From positions 1 through 37,801 of IMG/VR virus record IMGVR_UViG_3300042341_000024: a stretch of DNA of 37,801 nt. One strand, written 5' to 3'. A program made the position numbers and the translations under genes. This DNA is from a virus (lineage: Duplodnaviria > Caudoviricetes). How positions within the stretch are numbered: position 1 is the stretch's first letter; each line of letters starts with the position of its first letter. The notes under the pieces are model-generated. The model was not told where the DNA came from, did not search any database, and was given only the letters and a program-made list of their open reading frames with translations. Shown one piece after another: positions 25,900 through 35,764 of the stretch.

Positions 25900-26045
25900 A
25901 GCCCAATCTTCCCCAATAAAAGGTTAACAATCTTGTCCGACAAATCATCTGGTAGGAACTTTAGAAGGCCAAGAAACCACCATGCTGCGCAACCGTAGCA
26001 GAACACCTTGCAGAACGTGTCGAACTGCTTTTGGTACTCGTTCAT
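25896..26045 (-). CDS. Small membrane protein (49 aa), absent from ORF track
   Basis: MNEYQKQFDTFCKVFCYGCAAWWFLGLLKFLPDDLSDKIVNLLLGKIGL; ATGA overlaps at both ends. Confidence 0.75.
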   Translation of the reverse strand: MNEYQKQFDTFCKVFCYGCAAWWFLGLLKFLPDDLSDKIVNLLLGKIGL

Positions 26046-26536
26046 CTACCACAACCGCCCTTTGGACAGAGGCTCATCAACTCGTTAATACCAATAAAGA
26101 CGAGAAGCAAAACAAAAGCAATACCGCCAATGATGATGGCCCATTCTTGGAGTTCTTCTTCTCGCTCTTTGGCTTTCTTATCAGCGGCTCTTAATGCTGC
26201 CATTTCTTTGGCGTCGTCTCTGTCCATTTCGGCTTGACGTTCTTTGATCTTGTTCCACACGTCGATCTTGCCGGTCTGCATGAACAGCATTTTGAGCTCC
26301 TCCTCGAAGGCGCGAGCTTGCTCAAGTGCCATTTCGATTTGTAGGGCAGTGCCCATGTTGGAGCCTTTTTTGTCGCGCTTAGCCTGTAGCATCGCCTTGG
26401 TTGCGGTGCTCTTGGCATCGAACATCTTGCCGATCATCGGCGCGAGCGAACCTAGGTCGTTGGCGACTTTACTCGCCTTCTTGACCATGCTAATTGCAGA
26501 TTGAATGCCTGCTAGGGCTGTTACGGGATCAATCAT
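26042..26536 (-). CDS. Coiled-coil protein with C-terminal TM anchor
   Basis: MIDPVTALAG start; charged coiled coil; WAIIIGGIAFVLLLVFIGI. Confidence 0.8.
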   Translation of the reverse strand: MIDPVTALAGIQSAISMVKKASKVANDLGSLAPMIGKMFDAKSTATKAMLQAKRDKKGSNMGTALQIEMALEQARAFEEELKMLFMQTGKIDVWNKIKERQAEMDRDDAKEMAALRAADKKAKEREEELQEWAIIIGGIAFVLLLVFIGINELMSLCPKGGCGR

Positions 26537-26667
26537 TTTTTCTCAACTTTTTTCCATTCAAGGCAGATTACCTTGCGGTTGTACACGTCCCCAGACCATG
26601 TCCATCGGACACAGCGGTATTCCGTGTTTAAGCTGAAAACCAATAGAGTCGCCGCAAGCCAATTCAT
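26533..26667 (-). CDS. Small secreted-type protein (44 aa), absent from ORF track
   Basis: SD GAGG; MNWLAATLLVFSLNTEYRCVRWTWSGDVYNRKVICLEWKKVEKK; ATGA overlap with the next gene. Confidence 0.75.
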   Translation of the reverse strand: MNWLAATLLVFSLNTEYRCVRWTWSGDVYNRKVICLEWKKVEKK

Positions 26668-26682
26668 GGCGGCCTCGAAGGT

Positions 26683-26910
26683 TTATTTTCGGCTAAACAA
26701 GCGGGAAAGGGCGGACTTAATGGAGTTGAAAAAGCTACCGCGAGTGGGTTCTGCGTTTTTCACTTCGGGTTCTGGGGGCACAGGAAGCTCAACGGGCAGC
26801 GTAACAGGCTCAGGTGTCGGAACTGTGACTGTCTTTTGCTTGGGTACAGCACGTTTCACCGGCGCTACTTTAGCGGGTGATTTTGCTGGGGTTTTCTTTG
26901 TTGTAGCCAT
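26683..26910 (-). CDS. Lys/Pro-rich protein with C-terminal amphipathic helix
   Basis: SD AGGA; ends in SFFNSIKSALSRLFSRK. Confidence 0.7.
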   Translation of the reverse strand: MATTKKTPAKSPAKVAPVKRAVPKQKTVTVPTPEPVTLPVELPVPPEPEVKNAEPTRGSFFNSIKSALSRLFSRK

Positions 26911-26921
26911 GCAACATCCTA

Positions 26922-27155
26922 TTACTTATCTTGCTTGGAGTCAAGCTTGTCAAAGATTTGGCGCAGGATGTCTTTGATCTCTTTGATGTCAGCCTTGTAG
27001 TCATCCTTCTGGACATAGTCCTTTAGGATTTGCTCGCGCATGGATGACACATCGTCCTCCAACTTCTGGATTTTGCGAGTGACCTGATTGAACACAAACA
27101 CGGCCAAGAACGCGGCAATGCCCACGACGAAGTTAAAGATTTGTTGATTGTCCAT
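26922..27155 (-). CDS. Single-TM coiled-coil protein (holin/antiholin-like)
   Basis: IFNFVVGIAAFLAVFVF then YVQKDDY...IFDKLDSKQDK; first gene of the lysis cluster. Confidence 0.65.
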   Translation of the reverse strand: MDNQQIFNFVVGIAAFLAVFVFNQVTRKIQKLEDDVSSMREQILKDYVQKDDYKADIKEIKDILRQIFDKLDSKQDK

Positions 27156-27177
27156 GGTTTGCTCTTAGAAAATAATT

Positions 27178-27768
27178 TTAGACGCCAAATAAATTCGCAA
27201 CAAGATCAATACCCGATGCACTAGCTACAATGTTTGTACCCGAACTATTAGTAGAAATCTCTATAGTGTACGTTGCTGATACACTGCTATTAGTGCCAGA
27301 GTTATAAACCTGAACACCCTGACCAGCGCCTATCTGCACCCATCCAGTACTACCCGATGCTGAGTTACCGAATCCACCCGAGAAAAACGTTCTTGTAAAC
27401 CGAATCCAGTATGATGACCCAATGTTAGCAGTTGTAGGTGTTGCCCAATTACCGTCTATGCCTCCAAGGGCTTCAAGGACAGCATCCCAAGTACCATCAG
27501 AATTAAAATCCAGATTGACTGCGCACGCTTCTCCGGGAGCAAGAGCACTACCCTCAAAAGGCTCGTTAGAAGTTATTGATGCTAAGGAAATCGTAACCGC
27601 AGACTTACCAAAACCACTGGACATGCTAATGGTTGTACCGCTTCCACCAACTCCAAACAAAGACCGCACCGCCGAATCATTCATATCAATGGTGGCCGTA
27701 GCCGACCGTCCCAGTTCAGTGTTGACCTGAGACAGCGATATGGAATTACCGGAGGCTGGTAGCGTCAT
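27178..27768 (-). CDS. Putative fibre-tip adhesin
   Basis: MTLPASGNSISLSQVNTELG...ISMSSGFGKS N-terminus typical of fibre-attached adhesins; Gly/Ser-rich beta C-terminus. Confidence 0.6.
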   Translation of the reverse strand: MTLPASGNSISLSQVNTELGRSATATIDMNDSAVRSLFGVGGSGTTISMSSGFGKSAVTISLASITSNEPFEGSALAPGEACAVNLDFNSDGTWDAVLEALGGIDGNWATPTTANIGSSYWIRFTRTFFSGGFGNSASGSTGWVQIGAGQGVQVYNSGTNSSVSATYTIEISTNSSGTNIVASASGIDLVANLFGV

Positions 27769-27771
27769 GGA

Positions 27772-28179
27772 TTAAGCGGCAGGCGATGTTGGCGCAGCTG
27801 GCGTTTCAACCACTGGAGCCCAAGGCATTGGAGCGTTCGTCAAGGCAGACTTAGCAACTTCTTTGTCGAGCACGAACTGGATGTGCGCTTTAATGCCGGG
27901 CAGGCGTGTTTCAGTAGCTTCAATCCAAGCAGCGACAGCGGTCTCTGTCAAGTTTGCCAATGGCACAAAGCCCTCAGCGGCTGGATCGCCTAAACTGGTT
28001 GTCTGGGGCAGTTCGAACTTCTGACCGGATTCTTCACCGATCAATGTCCAGTCAACTTGCTTCACTGTGTTCTCAAGGCCATTGACGGTAGCTGTGCGCA
28101 AGCCGTTAATCTTGATTGTGAAGGTCGCCGTGAAGTTGCTAGGCTGCTCGGCTGCGGGGGTTGTAACTGTTTCAGTCAT
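27772..28179 (-). CDS. Fibre-associated/chaperone-like protein (135 aa)
   Basis: VKQVDW...FVPLANLTETAVAAWI...PMPW; SD GGAG; follows the long fibre gene. Confidence 0.6.
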   Translation of the reverse strand: MTETVTTPAAEQPSNFTATFTIKINGLRTATVNGLENTVKQVDWTLIGEESGQKFELPQTTSLGDPAAEGFVPLANLTETAVAAWIEATETRLPGIKAHIQFVLDKEVAKSALTNAPMPWAPVVETPAAPTSPAA

Positions 28180-28181
28180 GG

Positions 28182-31100
28182 TTAATCTCCAATGAGTTTG
28201 TTGATAAGGGATTCTAGGTGAGCGATGCGTTTCTCTTGGTCGACGACCCGCTTGGCTAATTCTACAGCGGAGGCAAGAGCCGCGCCACCATAGTTAACGG
28301 ACAGAGTCTGCATCTCGTCTTTTGCCGTCATGATTGCTTGAGGAAGCAACTTCTGGAACGACTGGGCTGAGACACCGACTTGGGTTACATCTTCCTCGTC
28401 AATACGGTCGTAGATACCGACTTTGACTTGCGCCAAACGGGCAACGTAATCCTCTGGCATGTCACGCCAGTTGGTTTTCAAACGTTCGTCTGAGTAGGCT
28501 GTTATGTTACTGGAAGCTACGATCGAGTTTGAGATCGCACACTTGAAAGCACCATTATTAATGATGAGCAAGCCGTGATCGGTTAGGTTACCAGCAGCAC
28601 CGCCAGCGTTGGGGTGCGACCAAGCCATACCATACAAACCGCCCGTACTTGTTCCATCAGCAGGTAACTTATAAGCGTCACCCATAGCAAACACACCTTG
28701 GTAGCGAGTTGATGCGTAGGCTCCTACAACACCGTTTCCGTAATTGTCATCAATGTAGAAATTGCCGTTGGCACGATTAGCTTTTAAGTTACCGCCTGTC
28801 CATGTACCGGCTAAATTTCCGCCGCCTGTTCCGCCGGGGTAAACCTGAACCGCCCAGTTTCCTGAGCTGTTTAGCAAACCCATGTTTTGGTTTGTTTCAG
28901 CATACAAGTAACCGAGAATGGTTCCAGCATGGCCATTACGCAACCTAATGCCTGTAGTACCTGAATAGCCTACATTCCAGTATTGACCGTCCGAATAGAA
29001 GTGGTTGCTTGTCGCTTCGTTGTATAAACCCGTGCCGGAATTGTAGTTGCGGAACCAGTTATCAACATAAAACTGAGAACCTCGAACATCTTTACCAGCT
29101 GACGCCCATTGATAACCTTGCAGCGTACCAGCATTACCAGTAATTGAAATACCCCAAGTACCAGAAGCTCCGCTACCGCCAAGGGACGGACTGTAGCTTG
29201 TGTAATTACCTGCATGCAATACTTGGTTGCCTGCTTGGGTAATAGCACCGCCAGCGTTAAAGCTTGCAGGGGTTCTAAGCGCTCGTAAATCACCGCTAAT
29301 ATTTGAAAAAGACGCCGATGCGGTAAAGACCACGCTAAAAACAGCGCCCAAATCCATTATGTTGTTGTAGTACTCACCGTTTTGTATTTTGCGAAGTACA
29401 ACTTGACCGTATTCCCAGTAAGAGCTTCCATCACCAAACACAACGCAGTACTGCCCATCTATGAATCCAAGACGAACTTGCTTGCCGCATTGACCGACGA
29501 CGTTTGCACCAATGTTATACCAGCTACCAGCCCAGTTGTGGCCGCCAACAATAACGGTAGACACTGAATTGCCGTTGTACTCATAGATGTCAAACACCAT
29601 GTGTACCATGCCGTAGTTACCGCTGCCGCCGGGTAACTTAAAAATAGCCATCCCAGTAGCACCGCTAGAGCCCCAGCTAGCGTTTGGTCTTGACATGTTG
29701 TTGCCACTCTTAACTGCGCCTACAGTTTGAAAACTGCCGGTAGTACCGTTTAATGCGGCAACAGGAGCAAAGCTTTCTCGGCCCCATGTGAAACCACGAC
29801 CGGGAGAACCGTTGTCCATCTGCATTTTGATGGAGTAGTCCGTAACTGTGCCATACTGATAAAGCGAGCCTTCGCCCATGCTAATTTTGTACGAGTTACT
29901 TTCCCAAAAACGAATACCATATCCATTACCGGGAATATGGTCAGAGTAGTAGCTACGTAATCCAGAAGTTGCGGAGAGGGCTCCACTTAGCGTACCACCA
30001 CTTAATGGTAGGGCGTAAGAGCTATAGTTACTTGCGTGGAGCAGTCTCCGACCGTCTAAATCCAACTCGTTTGCGGTATTGCGGACAAGCGCCGTGTCAG
30101 TAAAAAACAGAATTCCGTTACTTGGTACTGACCCTCCGTACGAGGTACTAACTTGAACTCCTAGAAATCTACCCGCTTGCGCGGCTGAGGAGTTGGTGAG
30201 GAAACTAAAATTGCCGTTGGAGCGAAGGGACGGGCTAGAGTTGAACCAAATGTTTGATGCGTTAAGAGTCAGCTCACTAGTAATAATGGTTGGTTGTGAT
30301 AGCGTAATTCCGCCATTCTCTAAAGTAATCAGCGCTTGCGATCCATACCCGTAGCGATCGAAGACGAAGCGGCTTGCGCTAAACGTATGTGTTCCAGAAC
30401 TTGATGTAGAAAGTGACGACCACGAATTAACATTGCCGACCGAACCACCATAGTAGATAGTTCCTGTGAAATGTGATGATCCCTGAACACCAAGGTTAGC
30501 ATCCGTGTTAGTCGAACCACCAGCAGTGATTTGCGGTGCACGAATTACACCTGAAGGAAAAACGCCTCCAGCAACAGACAAATTGCTTCCGCTATCCAGT
30601 GTCATGGCAACAGTGCCGCCTCCGGGGTTGTTCTCGTTATCATTGTGAGAACCGCCTCGATGCCATGAGAAACGGCTGTCCGTGCGGAAGTAAGTAGTGC
30701 TAGACTGAACGCCTATACCGTAGTTTGTGCTCCAAAGGTTAATCATCTGGCGCGTCCCGTTTCCAAACGAGAGAGTCGCCGAGGGGGAGATGGTCACTGA
30801 ACCAGAAAGCGTTCCACCGCTTAAAGGCAATGCGTAAGAGCTGTAGTTACCTGCGTGGAGAATTGTGTTACTGTTGACAGTCAAACCGCCGTTGTTGGGG
30901 AAATTTATCGTTCCCGCTGTCGTGTTGTATGCGATATCAATGTACGCATATCCATTCCAACTTCCGATCTGAAACCTATCATTTCCTGCGCCGTAGCAAT
31001 CCTTACCGATAAGCCAGTCAGCACCGGGGTTTGCTCCAATATAAATACGAGACGAATATCCGCCGCCGCTATTAATAAATTTTGCAACTTCATTTGCTCC

Positions 31101-33755
31101 AGAGGCAGCATTTTTACTAAATGTACTAAACGCATTGTTGACTGTAAATGCACCAGTTAGCGTACCGCCACTCAAAGGCAATGCGTAGGAACTGTAGTTA
31201 CCTGCGTGAAGGACTTGGTTGCCGGACTGCTGTAGCGCAACAGACGAGTTAACTGCACTACCAGAAATGGTCAACCAGTTTGAAGAACTGGAGCTTCTAA
31301 AATAATAGCCAGAAAAATCACCGTACCAACCACCGTTAGTACCGGACTGGTTAAACATGTAGGTATTGCCATAAACATCGTCAGGGCGATATCCTGCATT
31401 ACCCGCAGCATTAAATATGCCGTTGGCTGAGTCGTTAGGAAAGTAGATACTGCCGCTGAGAGTGCCACCGCTCAAAGGCAAATAACTGTGAGTATGAGAA
31501 AGTGGCGCAAATGCGTCATCCATCCATCCGTGGTAATTTGTCCAAAGACGGCCATTACTTGCAAGCAACATACGCCGCTCGGCAGCAGAGTCCCCACCAT
31601 ACATCCAAGCAAAGGCATAACCACCAATACCAGACGCAAACTCAGTTGTTCCATCAGTACGGAAAACCATCTGACGTGTATTGCCGTATAGCTTTACGTT
31701 TGCGTCATCGTTAGCATCTCGAAGCCACGCATTGTTTACATCGTAAGTATGGTTGTGGCCCGAGGTGGCAGCGTAGCTAGTGTAGTTACCAGCGTGGAGG
31801 ACTTGATTGCCGCCTTGCTGTAATGAGCCGCTGCCAACGTTAATGGCGCTACCACTAAACCGCATGTTTGCACCACTAGAAGAAATATTTAGCGTGCCAT
31901 AAGTTTGAGTATCGCGGTTATAAACAAAAACGTAACCTTCGCCGGAAGACATTCCTATTTCAGCTGCAGTGCCAGTGGCTGCGTTACCTGTATACCAACC
32001 CGTAAAACGACCTTGGCCGGTGGCGCTTATGTCACCAGAAAAAGCTCGTTGAGAAGTTGTTGCTGAGTTTCCGCTGATTGAAATACCCCAAGTCCCGCTT
32101 GCGCCTGTTCCAGTTAAGGTTGGGCTGTAGCTGTTGTAGTTACCTGCGGTTAGGACTTGGCTGCCATTTTGGGTAATTGCACCTGCTGTGTTAAAGCTAC
32201 CGTCGGCTCTGAACGTGAACATCTGAAGGAAGGAACCAGCGGAGTCCGCAGCTCCAGCCGAGTTCATGTTGAACCTGTAAAAATGCAGTTCAGATGCAGA
32301 TGAAGTATCTCGTGCCGAAATATGCCAACCGCTTTCCACACCACTTACAGTGTGTCGCAGATCAATCTCAGCAGGTGCATTAGCTTTCGATCTGATCTTG
32401 ATTGCTGCACGATCTGATGAACGCCATCCCGTCGGCGTAACGAGAATCTCCCCGTCAGACGTATCCAGCGTAACGTTGCCAGTTAACGTACCACCAGCTA
32501 ATGGAAGCTTGGTGCTGTCAGTTGCAGACGTTGCTGTCGCAGCGTTGCCTGTGATGTTGATCGCCCAAGTACCGCTTGCGCCTGTACCGGTCTTTGTTGG
32601 TGCGTAGGTGTTGTAGTTACTCGAGGTAACTGCAGTGCTGCCGTTAATGGTCAGTGCTGAGCCATTGAATTCCATAGTGGTCGCTACGGAGTCGCCAGCG
32701 GCGATTGCCGTCAGAACGGCTTTAGTACCGCGGTTAGCCGCAGTGATATTCTCAGTCGCAACAAACGAAAGACCGGCACCACCAACCCAACCGGAGCCGG
32801 TGTAACCAAGCGCAGCAACATTCAGAAGGGTCTGGGTATTTAAACTCTGCGTGCGAGCGGCAGTCGTACCGCCAGATGTACCGCCCATGAAGCCAGCGAT
32901 CGTGCCAGCGTTGGTAGGAACACCATAAACCTCATTGCGACCATCAAGAGTCAGCTTGCCGGTCAGCGTACCACCAGTTAAGGGTAGCTTCGTTGCGTCA
33001 GCGACTGTGATGTCGGCGGAGCCGTTGAAAGACACACCGTTAATGTTGCGGGCTGTAGCAAGGGTAGCCGCGCTACCCACGGACATAGAAGCCTGATCGG
33101 TTTTTGTCCACAGACCTGTGGAACTAACATAGACAAGCGTTTGGCCGTCAACGGGTGACCGTGCTGACACATCGTGAATCTCGTCAAGCTCATAACCGTT
33201 TTGGATTTTGACTTGGATCGTGCCTTGTGTGTTATGGCTGTAAGTGACAATGCCTACGTAAACCAGATGCGTAGGAGCGTAAGGCTTAGTGTTTGTGTAG
33301 CCCCCCGCGCTAACGCCGCTCAAATACAGCTGTGTGCCGTCTGCAAACGCAGAGGTATTTAAACCACTAACCGCGCCGACAACTACAACATAGCCGTTCT
33401 GGTTATGTGGGATGTCAGCTTGAACCATACCATAGGTCTGAGCTGAGGTAGAGTCACCTGTTGCAAGGGCTTTGGAAACAACCGCCTTATTGCCAGCTGC
33501 ACCGCTGATGTAGACAACCGTACCCTTGGTAAGTGTTGCACCAGTTTCGTTGCGAACTTGACTAATCAAGGTAGCTGTACTGCCAGCAACGCCCACGCTC
33601 AAATCCCGGGTAGTACCGGAGCTGGAAACAACTACGCTGCCGTCGGCGGACGTAATCGACTCAACTTTGTCAGTATTAAGATTTGTAAAGTTGCTATCAA
33701 CTTCAGTATTGGTAAGGGGCGAGCCCTTACCTGCGCGGGTGACAATAGTGCTCAT
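28182..33755 (-). CDS. Long fibre (1857 aa) with C-terminal peptidase S74 chaperone
   Basis: Gly/Ser/Asn-rich; repeated VLHAGNYSSYALPLSGGTL and GASGTWGISI linkers; YSDERLKTNW...GVSAQ...LSVNYG followed by a coiled coil. Confidence 0.88.
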   Translation of the reverse strand: MSTIVTRAGKGSPLTNTEVDSNFTNLNTDKVESITSADGSVVVSSSGTTRDLSVGVAGSTATLISQVRNETGATLTKGTVVYISGAAGNKAVVSKALATGDSTSAQTYGMVQADIPHNQNGYVVVVGAVSGLNTSAFADGTQLYLSGVSAGGYTNTKPYAPTHLVYVGIVTYSHNTQGTIQVKIQNGYELDEIHDVSARSPVDGQTLVYVSSTGLWTKTDQASMSVGSAATLATARNINGVSFNGSADITVADATKLPLTGGTLTGKLTLDGRNEVYGVPTNAGTIAGFMGGTSGGTTAARTQSLNTQTLLNVAALGYTGSGWVGGAGLSFVATENITAANRGTKAVLTAIAAGDSVATTMEFNGSALTINGSTAVTSSNYNTYAPTKTGTGASGTWAINITGNAATATSATDSTKLPLAGGTLTGNVTLDTSDGEILVTPTGWRSSDRAAIKIRSKANAPAEIDLRHTVSGVESGWHISARDTSSASELHFYRFNMNSAGAADSAGSFLQMFTFRADGSFNTAGAITQNGSQVLTAGNYNSYSPTLTGTGASGTWGISISGNSATTSQRAFSGDISATGQGRFTGWYTGNAATGTAAEIGMSSGEGYVFVYNRDTQTYGTLNISSSGANMRFSGSAINVGSGSLQQGGNQVLHAGNYTSYAATSGHNHTYDVNNAWLRDANDDANVKLYGNTRQMVFRTDGTTEFASGIGGYAFAWMYGGDSAAERRMLLASNGRLWTNYHGWMDDAFAPLSHTHSYLPLSGGTLSGSIYFPNDSANGIFNAAGNAGYRPDDVYGNTYMFNQSGTNGGWYGDFSGYYFRSSSSSNWLTISGSAVNSSVALQQSGNQVLHAGNYSSYALPLSGGTLTGAFTVNNAFSTFSKNAASGANEVAKFINSGGGYSSRIYIGANPGADWLIGKDCYGAGNDRFQIGSWNGYAYIDIAYNTTAGTINFPNNGGLTVNSNTILHAGNYSSYALPLSGGTLSGSVTISPSATLSFGNGTRQMINLWSTNYGIGVQSSTTYFRTDSRFSWHRGGSHNDNENNPGGGTVAMTLDSGSNLSVAGGVFPSGVIRAPQITAGGSTNTDANLGVQGSSHFTGTIYYGGSVGNVNSWSSLSTSSSGTHTFSASRFVFDRYGYGSQALITLENGGITLSQPTIITSELTLNASNIWFNSSPSLRSNGNFSFLTNSSAAQAGRFLGVQVSTSYGGSVPSNGILFFTDTALVRNTANELDLDGRRLLHASNYSSYALPLSGGTLSGALSATSGLRSYYSDHIPGNGYGIRFWESNSYKISMGEGSLYQYGTVTDYSIKMQMDNGSPGRGFTWGRESFAPVAALNGTTGSFQTVGAVKSGNNMSRPNASWGSSGATGMAIFKLPGGSGNYGMVHMVFDIYEYNGNSVSTVIVGGHNWAGSWYNIGANVVGQCGKQVRLGFIDGQYCVVFGDGSSYWEYGQVVLRKIQNGEYYNNIMDLGAVFSVVFTASASFSNISGDLRALRTPASFNAGGAITQAGNQVLHAGNYTSYSPSLGGSGASGTWGISITGNAGTLQGYQWASAGKDVRGSQFYVDNWFRNYNSGTGLYNEATSNHFYSDGQYWNVGYSGTTGIRLRNGHAGTILGYLYAETNQNMGLLNSSGNWAVQVYPGGTGGGNLAGTWTGGNLKANRANGNFYIDDNYGNGVVGAYASTRYQGVFAMGDAYKLPADGTSTGGLYGMAWSHPNAGGAAGNLTDHGLLIINNGAFKCAISNSIVASSNITAYSDERLKTNWRDMPEDYVARLAQVKVGIYDRIDEEDVTQVGVSAQSFQKLLPQAIMTAKDEMQTLSVNYGGAALASAVELAKRVVDQEKRIAHLESLINKLIGD

Positions 33756-33793
33756 ATTCCAAAACTCCTGACGTTCACTACGTCAAACGGTGA

Positions 33794-34231
33794 TTAACTG
33801 ACGGTAATTGCCCAAGTGATGCTCATCGCATCGTCAGCACCTTTGTTAACCACAGCAAACACAGTGCGGCACAACATGGTGCCCGCAGTAGGATCATTAA
33901 AGACACCCGCTTCAACAACAGCACCTGTACCAGTGCCGGGTGGGAACGTCGCAACATAAGTCACAACAGCGCCAGAAGAACTAGAGGACGTCAAAGCAAC
34001 GCGGCCCAAGGAAGCACCCAATGCTGTGTCACCGTTTGCAGCGGCGGTACTGCTCGAACCGACAGCCATGTGGCTCATCGTCGTTGGCGTGCCAACCATA
34101 CGGCCAGCAATGAAGGTTTTACCACCAGCCACTACGAGGTTTTTAATCTCACGGCGGTCTTTAAGCTGGCCATCTGCGCCAGTAATTTCGACGACTACGT
34201 CGCCAGTTATTTTGAGGTTGTCGTTTAACAT
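33794..34231 (-). CDS. Conserved virion structural protein (145 aa)
   Basis: KNLVV...MAVGS...DTAL...EAGVFN...MLCR...VNK...ITW pattern, common before fibre genes. Confidence 0.7.
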   Translation of the reverse strand: MLNDNLKITGDVVVEITGADGQLKDRREIKNLVVAGGKTFIAGRMVGTPTTMSHMAVGSSSTAAANGDTALGASLGRVALTSSSSSGAVVTYVATFPPGTGTGAVVEAGVFNDPTAGTMLCRTVFAVVNKGADDAMSITWAITVS

Positions 34232-34239
34232 GGAAGCTC

Positions 34240-35424
34240 CTATGAAAATGTGCGGGATAAGCCGACGTAGTCTTCTGCGAAGTATGACAGATCGCAGTAG
34301 CTTTGGGAAGTCAAAAGACCAGCACTCACCAAAGATACCGTGTCGGTTTTGGCAAGGCTGTTAGACAAGACTTTCGCGTCGGTGGCAAAAGCCAAGTTAT
34401 TGATGTACTTAACAGACTGGTACGTAATCCCGTCCGCCAAATCGGCGGTGTCGTTCATCGCAAAACCGTCTTGGATTGTACGAGTAAGCGTGCGTGATAA
34501 AAGCTCAGTAAATGCAAAAGCATCCGCAACCACTTTGTCAACGGCGCTGCTAGTTACATCTGACTGATTAAACGAGTCCTGAAGCGTTTTTTCGGTGACA
34601 CGCGTCGTAGTCTCGGAGAACGTAAATAAATCGGTTAGAGCCTTACCAAAGTCGCGCGTAGTGGCATCCGTTTGGGTAAAACTGTCGGCCAAACTTTTTT
34701 GGGGTGTTAAACGCGCTGCATCCGTAAACGTAAACGAGTCCGCTACAGGGCGAGTTAGCGAAAAACTCCTAGCATCCGTTGGTGCGACCGACTCAGTTGT
34801 ATTCTTGGTGTAAGCCCAATAGGTTGCGTCGGCTGTAGCAAGCAAGTCTGTTCGGAGTTTAGTTGTAGTAAAAATAGGACGCGTGTCTGCCACCCCGACC
34901 GAGTTGACTCTGGCTTTGCTAAAAGTTTTAGTTGTTGTGTCACCTAGTGCGAAGGTACTAGCAAGCGGTCTACTAAACGTAAACGACACTCTGTGCGTAA
35001 AACCGAACGTATCTGTAAATCTACGTATGTACTCCAGTGTTCGGATGATGAAGTCCGGCGTAGAAACGCTGTCGTGCTTGCTGGTGGCAAGATTTTTGGA
35101 CGTGATGTAGTCCGTCGACTCAAAAGTAGTTGTAAGGGTTTTCCCTACTACACGGAACGTAGCGTCCGTAACAAAGACTTCTTCGGGGAAATACTGGAAG
35201 CGACCAGACGTATCAAGATACGCCCCAGACGCCATGAAGATGTAGTTCAGATTCGCAACAGGCACAACGACAGTAACAACTGCGCTGGCAATCTGTACTG
35301 AACTTGCTGCGGCTAAAAGGGCAGCCGAAGTCTCGGCTACCGGCGCTACGATGACGACGCTTGCCCTTGCTCTAGTAACAGCTGTCTCAGCCGTAAGAGC
35401 AGTTCTGACAACCGTCACGCCCAT
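34240..35424 (-). CDS. Thr-rich 18-aa-repeat structural protein
   Basis: Repeats KSLADSFTQTDATTRDFG / KALTDLFTFSETTTRVTE / KTLQDSFNQSDVTSSAVD; C-terminal YFAEDYVG. Confidence 0.75.
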   Translation of the reverse strand: MGVTVVRTALTAETAVTRARASVVIVAPVAETSAALLAAASSVQIASAVVTVVVPVANLNYIFMASGAYLDTSGRFQYFPEEVFVTDATFRVVGKTLTTTFESTDYITSKNLATSKHDSVSTPDFIIRTLEYIRRFTDTFGFTHRVSFTFSRPLASTFALGDTTTKTFSKARVNSVGVADTRPIFTTTKLRTDLLATADATYWAYTKNTTESVAPTDARSFSLTRPVADSFTFTDAARLTPQKSLADSFTQTDATTRDFGKALTDLFTFSETTTRVTEKTLQDSFNQSDVTSSAVDKVVADAFAFTELLSRTLTRTIQDGFAMNDTADLADGITYQSVKYINNLAFATDAKVLSNSLAKTDTVSLVSAGLLTSQSYCDLSYFAEDYVGLSRTFS

Positions 35425-35756
35425 TAGAAGTCCTCGCGCAGCTTAAACTTCAACAAGTCGTAAACAGTTTGAACCGTAGTGTCCGCAAAGGTAATCTGAA
35501 TCTCGCCTTCGTAGTCACCGGCCTCACCCAACAACATAGCAGGCGCAGATGCGGGGTAGAAAGCCACTTGGCCGTTAGGGCCGTCAGTGATGGAGCCAGT
35601 AACGGTAGCGGTCAGGTCGGTTGCGCCGACTGCACGAAATTTAAGCAGTACAGTCGCGCCTGTGAGCGCAATAGCGTTACCGGTGATCTCATCAGTAATG
35701 TTGCAGACCAAGGCTGGCTTGGTATCCCCTTGAACCAGTTTAATTTTCTCGGCCAT
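35424..35756 (-). CDS. BppU N-terminal-like Ig-fold protein
   Basis: LVQGDT...LTGATV...G.YEGEIQITF...QT; SD GAGGT. Confidence 0.7.
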   Translation of the reverse strand: MAEKIKLVQGDTKPALVCNITDEITGNAIALTGATVLLKFRAVGATDLTATVTGSITDGPNGQVAFYPASAPAMLLGEAGDYEGEIQITFADTTVQTVYDLLKFKLREDF

Positions 35757-35764
35757 GGTTTACC

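Noticed and set aside
25751-25948. 65-aa minus-strand ORF in the track
   Set aside because: Two other ORFs (25896-26045 and 25723-25899) tile the gap exactly with ATGA overlaps.
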